Position numbers and translations under genes: made by a program. From sequence record MW760841.1: DNA of 64,000 bases. One strand, written 5' to 3'. The stretch's first letter is position 1, and each line of letters starts with the position of its first letter. The notes beneath the pieces are model-generated. The model saw only the letters and a list, made by a program, of their open reading frames with translations. It did not search any database and was not told where the DNA came from. This document shows positions 58,228-64,000 of the stretch, one piece after another.

Positions 58228-59599
58228 AGCTGGCAATCCCACGAATGAGGAAATACAGCAGTAACGCATTACGCACTGCCGCGAGGGCAGCGTTGTTGGT
58301 GAGGTGGGTTTCCTTCTTCACCAGTTTCTCAATGCGCTCACGCAAGGACAACACGTATTCGTTGGTGGACTTCGAGGATTGGTACAGCGCCCGCATCCGG
58401 TTCAGCAGGAAGGCCACGTCTTTGAAGTTGATGCGGTTCGAGACAATCAAGTCAAAGGCATGAGCCAGGGCATCTTCCATAATCGACTCCATGTCCTTGC
58501 GAGTCTTGCCCAACGGTTGACTGGCGATATACACCAACACCGTCTTCATGGCCACGGGAGACGCCTTAGGTACCATTTCCAGACACACCCGAGCTAACTC
58601 CTCCTTGTAGAAGTTGTTGATGTCCCACGAGGCATCCAGGAGCGTTTGCTTGGCAGTGTTCAGGGCGGTCACTTTGTCACGGATGATGGTATCGCCATCG
58701 AGGTCAATCTTCGAGGACTGGTTCACCACACGCGAGTTCTCCCGACGCACACGGTCGAGTACAGCGTAGTAGTCCTTCACCGTTTGTTTGGTACGGGTGT
58801 TGAGGTCGGTGATAAAACGAATCAACAGGTCAGGATGGTTGAACGCTTTCACTTCGTTGTAATGCGGGCACTCCTTCGACACGAAGTATTCGGCACGTTC
58901 GGTCAGGTGCTGACCCCAGTTGCCCATGCGACGGATGTCAAACTTCAACGACAACATCGAGTACGCCGCGTCGGCGGCATTCATGTCCACCGGCTTCGGG
59001 AAGAAGTGGTAGTAGATACTGGAATAGAATTTGAACTGGAGCAGCTTCACCAAATCGACACAGGCGTTGTAGATATCCCGGTCGGCAAACTTCGGTAACA
59101 TCCGGTGTACCATGTAGGTGACCGTCAGGTTGAAGGTGTTCCCGGCGACTGCCCATTCGCCGTTGATGGTTTTGGTTTGGTCGATGTTGGCTTGCAATAA
59201 ATCTTCATCAACCTCCAGCACCTGGTCAAACAGTTTGTTACGGTCGCTGTCAAAGAACCGAATGGTGTGAACCCCTAAGAGGTTTGACCCGAACCATTCC
59301 ACGTTCCCTTCTCGGCTAAACACCCCATCCACGTAGGAGCGGATGGCCGTGGCCAAACGTTTATCAAACGTGACTTTCTTAAACGCTTCATCGAAGGCTT
59401 TGCGCAGCGCATCGGTTTTAATGGCTTCCGATGCGACTATCTGCCGGGTGGGTAAGTATCCGCCAAATCCGTAATCGTAATAGAGCCCATCAACGGCATC
59501 GTCCTCGTCATCAAAGAATCCCCGACGAGCTTCGTGGGCCACCTGCCCACTGGACTCTATATACATGCCTTTGTCGAAATCAAAAATTAATTCTGACAT
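58226..59599 (-). CDS. Putative head protein with acidic propeptide-like N-terminus
   Basis: 457 aa, GAGG RBS; N-terminal AHE and ASE candidate protease sites around DDEDD. Confidence 0.55.
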   Translation of the reverse strand: MSELIFDFDKGMYIESSGQVAHEARRGFFDDEDDAVDGLYYDYGFGGYLPTRQIVASEAIKTDALRKAFDEAFKKVTFDKRLATAIRSYVDGVFSREGNVEWFGSNLLGVHTIRFFDSDRNKLFDQVLEVDEDLLQANIDQTKTINGEWAVAGNTFNLTVTYMVHRMLPKFADRDIYNACVDLVKLLQFKFYSSIYYHFFPKPVDMNAADAAYSMLSLKFDIRRMGNWGQHLTERAEYFVSKECPHYNEVKAFNHPDLLIRFITDLNTRTKQTVKDYYAVLDRVRRENSRVVNQSSKIDLDGDTIIRDKVTALNTAKQTLLDASWDINNFYKEELARVCLEMVPKASPVAMKTVLVYIASQPLGKTRKDMESIMEDALAHAFDLIVSNRINFKDVAFLLNRMRALYQSSKSTNEYVLSLRERIEKLVKKETHLTNNAALAAVRNALLLYFLIRGIAS

Positions 59600-59621
59600 G
59601 CTAAACCTCTAAATTTTTACG

Positions 59622-59642
59622 GATAGATATTATCCTTGTGAC
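59622..59642 (+). promoter_or_regulatory. Putative early promoter
   Basis: GATAGATATTATCCT, near-identical to the 4387 motif. Confidence 0.65.
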
Positions 59643-59665
59643 TATACCATAAGGAGTTTTAAGCC

Positions 59666-60793
59666 ATGAATAACTTACAACGCAAAGCTGTTTGGCGTAG
59701 ACAGTACGCCACCCCCGGTTATGACCGCGACAAGTCCGTTACCATGTGGGTATTACCACACGGCTGCATGTGCACCTTGCAGCAGGTTGGGGGTCAACCT
59801 ATCCTGGATAATGGAACGTATTCAGCCGCGAACTCGCTGCTGGCGAATCTGTTGAATGATGCTGGTATTACCGGCTCGGTGATTGTTTATTCCACCGAAG
59901 TGATTCCACAGAACACATCACGTTGGCTCACCTGGTGGATGTCCACCAACCCAACGCTGGATGATCCGCTTATACGAACTATTACGGTAACTTCGTTTGG
60001 CCAGATTCCGACTAAGAGTCTGCCGTTCCAGGTTAACGTGATTGATCCGATACACTTACGGGCATGTGAGGTGCTGGATACTATCCGATCCCAGTCCCGT
60101 AATCCTGCGGTCTCTATCTTCATTCTTGAAGATGAGGGTGTGAAGTACCGAATGGAACCAGAAAGACGAATGGACGCCAAGGTGATCGATTGCACCAGAT
60201 ACGGGTACGTGCTACGTACTCCATCGAATCACGTCTTCCTCTCGTCTATGGTTTCCCGTCGTGTACAGGGACAGTTGGCCCATCATGGCCTGCGTCCCGA
60301 AGACCTTATCGGTGCAACCGTAAAGGTCGAGTACACAATGTTCACCGACGGTAATCGCTTGTGCAATTACAAGTCGCCCATTGTGTACCGCTGCGTGTCA
60401 CTCGATAACATGAGTGACGGTGTCGTCCCCCCATACCATGGCCCCTATCTGTTTATCTCGAACGCACCGGAGGAAAAGGCGCTGCTGACCGCCACCCGTT
60501 GTAGTCGCGCGAAGATAAACGCTGGTGATGAGTCCATTGTGGGGCGTGATGACGAAACCGACTTGAACCTGTTCGCCTTCCGTAAAGGAGCGGAGGCAGG
60601 GTTGTATTCTGCAACCCTTATGCGAAATGGCAAGACGGAAGAATGGCGTTTCGATTCTGACTTTGCGATAGATGCCCTAGACCCTGAGGCTTTCATCCGC
60701 TGCGTGGACAGTAACCTGTTTTACGCTACCGGATATAACGTCGTTGAGATTGGACTCCGTTACGTCGATCATACACAGTCGCCGATACCATAG
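59666..60793 (+). CDS. ATP-dependent DNA ligase-like fold protein lacking the catalytic KxDG
   Basis: WVLPHGCM at the motif I position; EDLIGATVKVEYTMFTDG...YKSP resembles the ligase OB-fold C-terminal motif. Confidence 0.45.
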   Translation: MNNLQRKAVWRRQYATPGYDRDKSVTMWVLPHGCMCTLQQVGGQPILDNGTYSAANSLLANLLNDAGITGSVIVYSTEVIPQNTSRWLTWWMSTNPTLDDPLIRTITVTSFGQIPTKSLPFQVNVIDPIHLRACEVLDTIRSQSRNPAVSIFILEDEGVKYRMEPERRMDAKVIDCTRYGYVLRTPSNHVFLSSMVSRRVQGQLAHHGLRPEDLIGATVKVEYTMFTDGNRLCNYKSPIVYRCVSLDNMSDGVVPPYHGPYLFISNAPEEKALLTATRCSRAKINAGDESIVGRDDETDLNLFAFRKGAEAGLYSATLMRNGKTEEWRFDSDFAIDALDPEAFIRCVDSNLFYATGYNVVEIGLRYVDHTQSPIP

Positions 60794-60802
60794 GAGTGCG
60801 TT

Positions 60803-61312
60803 ATGTTCACTGCACCGACCATCAGTTCCGTACAGGAGTTGCGTGTAGTCTGCCAGGACAATCGTCTCGCTCAGCTATGCGACGAAGCTATCATCACTGC
60901 GATGATGAGCTATAACCCGAATGGGAACTACAGTAATACAGTCGAAATCTTGACCGTAGCTGCTGTCTTGAAACGTCTAAAGGGTAACCTCACGGTTGAA
61001 CACCTTTGCATGTTCCTGGACAACCACGGTGCGTTGGCCAAAGGCATGTTGGCATTAGTGCAAGACGGAGTGTCTACTTTCGATAACAGTATTGGTAATT
61101 TCCTGGACATCAGCTCAGGTTTCGAAAATGGCAAGTTCTTCGTTAGCAAAGAGCGGTACGATAGTGTGTGGACGTATCTGGGGATGTGCGGCGTTGCCGT
61201 CCCTCAGGGCGTCCGAAACTTCCAGCTGTACGACGTCAACGTCTTCGGCGAACCAGGACTCTGGATTGAGCCGGTTACCTTAGGGCTTGATGGCTACAGC
61301 ATCCGTGCCTGA
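60803..61312 (+). CDS. Hypothetical protein
   Basis: 169-aa ORF, AGGAG RBS. Confidence 0.7.
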   Translation: MFTAPTISSVQELRVVCQDNRLAQLCDEAIITAMMSYNPNGNYSNTVEILTVAAVLKRLKGNLTVEHLCMFLDNHGALAKGMLALVQDGVSTFDNSIGNFLDISSGFENGKFFVSKERYDSVWTYLGMCGVAVPQGVRNFQLYDVNVFGEPGLWIEPVTLGLDGYSIRA

Positions 61313-61317
61313 CCTAT

Positions 61318-61355
61318 AACCTGTACTGCTTCGGCAGTACAGGTTTTATTTTATT
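61318..61355 (+). terminator. Intrinsic terminator
   Basis: AACCTGTACTGC-TTCG-GCAGTACAGGTT then a T-rich tract. Confidence 0.85.
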
Positions 61356-61377
61356 TATTTACCATTGAGGATTAACC

Positions 61378-61899
61378 ATGTACCAACTCGTTGACATTAT
61401 CGATATCATGGTGGGCGACTACGACCATTGCCCTACCTGGAAAGAATTGAACCTCAGTACCCGTGCGGTACTGGACGTCGGTCACAGTTACAAAAACAAT
61501 CCGGTGCTCGTGCACTTGGAAAACGGTCGGGCTACCGATTTCCAAATCCTGGAGACGATCGGTGACAGATTGCCTGTTTACATCAATGAGCCGTTCTCAG
61601 CGCCGCTGAGAGACGAGTTAGCGAAAGTCCTACACGTACAGACCCTGGTGGAGAAAGACGCTGTGATAGCCGTTGTAGGCGTCGAGAACGCGGCCTCCGA
61701 TATACGTGCCAATCTGGTTTCCATGTCGGTGCCAGGATCAGTGCAAAAGGATGCCAAATTCCGGGATTACTGTGCCAAGCTTATCAACCAGCAACCCGAT
61801 GACACCACCATGATTATCGTGGTGCCGTACACCGAAGAGAACATGCACGAATTCCTGCCTCGCGGCTTCGTGATTATGGATTACGTTTATTTCCTCTAA
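61378..61899 (+). CDS. Hypothetical protein, paralog A
   Basis: 173 aa, GAGG RBS, similar to the next ORF. Confidence 0.7.
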   Translation: MYQLVDIIDIMVGDYDHCPTWKELNLSTRAVLDVGHSYKNNPVLVHLENGRATDFQILETIGDRLPVYINEPFSAPLRDELAKVLHVQTLVEKDAVIAVVGVENAASDIRANLVSMSVPGSVQKDAKFRDYCAKLINQQPDDTTMIIVVPYTEENMHEFLPRGFVIMDYVYFL

Positions 61900-61922
61900 A
61901 CCCAGCCTGTCAAGGAGTACCT

Positions 61923-62462
61923 ATGTTCCTGTTACAAACCCACACCGATATTCTCACTAACCCAATCTACCGCACCTGCAAAGAGGCGAAAGAATTCCTG
62001 TTCCCCGTTAGCATGGCGCATATGGAAGCCTTACGTCAACGTCGTTACCTGGCAACGATTGAGAACGGGGTAGCCGTCCGTCTGCAAATGCTGACCGCCG
62101 TGGATAACACCATCTACATCTACGTCGACAAATATTCGCCGTTGATTGAGAAAGAGCTATCAATGGCCCTGCGTCGTGATCTCCATGAATACCCAGGGAA
62201 TTTCTTCGTGGCCTGTGAGGCAGAGGGACGTGACCGGAACATGCGGGCTGCGACGTTTGGCTTTACCATTCCGGAAGAACTCCAGTCACTGAATGCGTTG
62301 ACGCCTATCATCGGTGAAAAGAATGCGCGGGAGCAAATGCAATTCATTAGCCAACTCCAACCGGGTCATGAATTGGTGATGAACTGGACACCGGATGAAT
62401 TGATGGCTGAGCACTTCACGACGATGGGTCTCAAATTCGTCACGGTGTTTTATCCGCTGTAA
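61923..62462 (+). CDS. Hypothetical protein, paralog B
   Basis: 179 aa, AAGGAG RBS, similar to the preceding ORF. Confidence 0.7.
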   Translation: MFLLQTHTDILTNPIYRTCKEAKEFLFPVSMAHMEALRQRRYLATIENGVAVRLQMLTAVDNTIYIYVDKYSPLIEKELSMALRRDLHEYPGNFFVACEAEGRDRNMRAATFGFTIPEELQSLNALTPIIGEKNAREQMQFISQLQPGHELVMNWTPDELMAEHFTTMGLKFVTVFYPL

Positions 62463-62466
62463 AATC

Positions 62467-62497
62467 GGGGAGCTTCGGCTCCCTGTTTTTTTTGTTT
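62467..62497 (+). terminator. Intrinsic terminator
   Basis: GGGGAGC-TTCG-GCTCCCT then a T-run. Confidence 0.85.
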
Positions 62498-62521
62498 CAA
62501 GCCTTGGTACTGCTCACTTTT

Positions 62522-62552
62522 TAACCAGATATTGGTTACAAAATAACCAGTG
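62522..62552. repeat. Palindromic repeat copy 1 (TGGTTA-N5-TAACCA) with an extra half-site
   Basis: TAACCA-GATAT-TGGTTA-CAAAA-TAACCA-GTG. Confidence 0.8.
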
Positions 62553-62800
62553 TGAAATACCGTCTAGAATCGCTCAGAAAGCGTTGTTACCCTAACCCGG
62601 TACACTTGGGTTCCCAAGGGGTCATTCTCTTCACACAGAGCGATACAGAAAGAATTAGCGCCATCCCCGACCCACCGTTCCGCCTCCGACGTCATCCGCC
62701 CGCGCCGAATCGCCGATCTAAATCTGGGTACCGCTTTGCGGAATTGGGGATTTAAAACAGGGAAATCTGACAAACGAATCTTCGTGAGTTTGTCCTGGAT

Positions 62801-62820
62801 TTGGTTATTTCTTGACCAGT
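62801..62820. repeat. Palindromic repeat copy 2 (one mismatch)
   Basis: TTGGTTA-TTTCT-TGACCA-GT. Confidence 0.65.
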
Positions 62821-62979
62821 TTGACTAGCCAGCCTCCAGCTGGCTTAAACTCATTCAAACAAAAAAATTCTCTTTTAAAAACAGTTACTTACATTCTATC
62901 TACCCTACCCCTCCGGGGGTAGGGAGAAAAATCCTTCTATTAGACGCGATCACGCGTCACGCGTTTCCTCCAGGATCTT

Positions 62980-63072
62980 TTAAAAGAATATATTTATATT
63001 AATTATAATTATCCCGTAGGGATAATAATTAAATATAATTAAAACTAATAAACTCTTTGAGTTATAAATTAC
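62980..63072. other. Extremely AT-rich segment with a central inverted repeat (origin/unwinding-element-like)
   Basis: Nearly all A/T around ATTATCCC-GTA-GGGATAAT (63008-63026), unlike the roughly half-GC coding DNA. Confidence 0.6.
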
Positions 63073-63119
63073 TATCGCGGGCACGTAGGCGCGCGTGCGA
63101 GTCCTTAGCTGCCGAAAAG

Positions 63120-63140
63120 CTGGTTAAAAAATAACCAGTG
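63120..63140. repeat. Palindromic repeat copy 3
   Basis: CTGGTTA-AAAAA-TAACCAG-TG; 63121-63140 matches 62533-62552 at 19/20. Confidence 0.8.
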
Positions 63141-63168
63141 AAAATCCAATTACAGATTTCCCCAGTGT

Positions 63169-63773
63169 TATGCTCGCTGGCATGACTCGACCCGTGCCGG
63201 TACCAGATACCCCTGGCTGGAAAGTTTGGCCAGGGGGCTTTTCGAGCCCAACTCATCAACAGGGTGAGACGCGATTTGCTGGCGAACGTTGCCGGGTACG
63301 GTCCCGCTGTGTCGATCCCACAGCGGGTATTTTTCTCATCCTGACTGGATTGCTGTGTTCGCCTCGGTAACTCGGGGCGCTTTTTCGAGAGTCCTCACCA
63401 GGGTTGTCGACAAAGCGAAATACGTTCGACCTAACACCGACGTGATTTTGTTTTAGTATGTTCAAGAGTTTCAGGTGCCCGTTACAGGGTTCCGCGGTAG
63501 CCCCAGGCAGAGCCTTGCCCTGGCGGACCGTCATCCGTCGTCCTTGCCGGTGAACTTACCACTGGCCTATCGTCGGTGAGCGTTCTCCTGGGGTGCGACC
63601 GAATTCGGCGTTGCGTCGAAAAACTCCCAGCGTGTAGAACCGCTGGGTTGGGGGAATATCTCCGAAGCGAGGTGGTCCATTGGTCTTGGCGGCTCGGAAA
63701 GACGAGAGGGGGGTGTCTGCACTCTGCGAAGCGTTCGGACATCGCTGAACCAAATTCTAACCAGGAGATAACC
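63169..63773 (+). ncRNA. Candidate structured ncRNA(s) or long 5' leader
   Basis: No credible ORF; hairpins at 63210-63236, 63235-63249, 63303-63327, 63360-63379 and CCCAGCG/CGCTGGG near 63630; TATG-type motifs at 63166 and 63453. Confidence 0.4.
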
Positions 63774-64000
63774 ATGAGCGCTATGACGCTTGAAGAGCTA
63801 CTACCAACGCGAATGCCTTGCGAGGTATTCTTCCCACGTAACGGCGAACCGGTGCCAGTTGCCGAGGTTGTCACCTGGTTACGTACCGGATGTCCGAAGA
63901 TTCACCACCTGCACGCTGCCTGCCTCGAGAAAGTTTTCGAGACGGTTGCATTCCAGCCATTCCCCAACGGGGAAGCGATGGCGGTTGTCGGTATGACCCG
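63774..64000 (+). CDS. Hypothetical protein, 3'-truncated by window end (not in ORF track)
   Basis: AGGAG RBS at 63763-63767, then ATG 63774, open to the end: MSAMTLEELLPTRMPCEVFFPRNGEPVPVAEVVTWLRTGCPKIHHLHAACLEKVFETVAFQPFPNGEAMAVVGMT. Confidence 0.7.
   Translation, partial: MSAMTLEELLPTRMPCEVFFPRNGEPVPVAEVVTWLRTGCPKIHHLHAACLEKVFETVAFQPFPNGEAMAVVGMT

Noticed and set aside
63235-63262. Hammerhead-like TGATGAG...CGAAA on the minus strand
   Set aside because: The core is UUGAUGA rather than CUGAUGA, stem II cannot form properly, no matching stem III/NUH site is evident, and GGGCT/AGCCC is better explained as a simple hairpin.
62500-63773. tRNA, tmRNA, RNase P, group I/II intron or CRISPR array in the large non-coding region
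   Set aside because: No T-loop/CCA cloverleaf, no RNase P GAGGAAAGUCC, no intron P7 or domain V motifs; the repeats are only three short dyads at irregular spacing.
63062-63996. Short ORFs in the terminal region (63062-, 63170+, 63256-, 63482-, 63556-, 63790+)
   Set aside because: No RBS and they overlap structured sequence; the RBS-supported frame starts at 63774 instead.

Overview
This window is part of a phiKZ-related jumbo phage genome (Chimalliviridae-like). The gene order matches my recollection of the SPN3US/Erwinia jumbo phage group, and the ThyA is very enterobacterial-like; the assignment is inferred from synteny and motifs, not from a database search. The conserved core comprises split virion RNA polymerase subunits (beta N, beta C, beta' N, putative fifth subunit), a tape measure protein with a lytic transglycosylase domain, prohead protease, tail sheath and tube, baseplate-type virion proteins, large terminase, UvsX, RNase H, a DEDDh exonuclease and a candidate spanin pair. 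Accessory blocks hold early-promoter-driven hypothetical genes and a nucleotide metabolism/counter-defence cluster at 16.8-23.9 kb. That cluster has a NADAR-like protein, a CYTH protein, ThyA, an intact and a catalytically degenerate MazG-like paralog, a mini P-loop protein, and a 94-aa protein ending in a near copy of the E. coli NrdA C-terminal redox tail. Other notable items are a possible ADP-ribosyltransferase-fold protein next to the head protease and an early ligase-like protein lacking the catalytic lysine. A 1.3-kb non-coding region (62.46-63.77 kb) carries three copies of a TGGTTA-N5-T(A/G)ACCA palindrome, an AT-rich inverted-repeat core and a hairpin-dense candidate ncRNA/leader. 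I saw no tRNA, rRNA, CRISPR array, intron or intein. Several start codons were moved from the ORF track to fit ribosome-binding sites.
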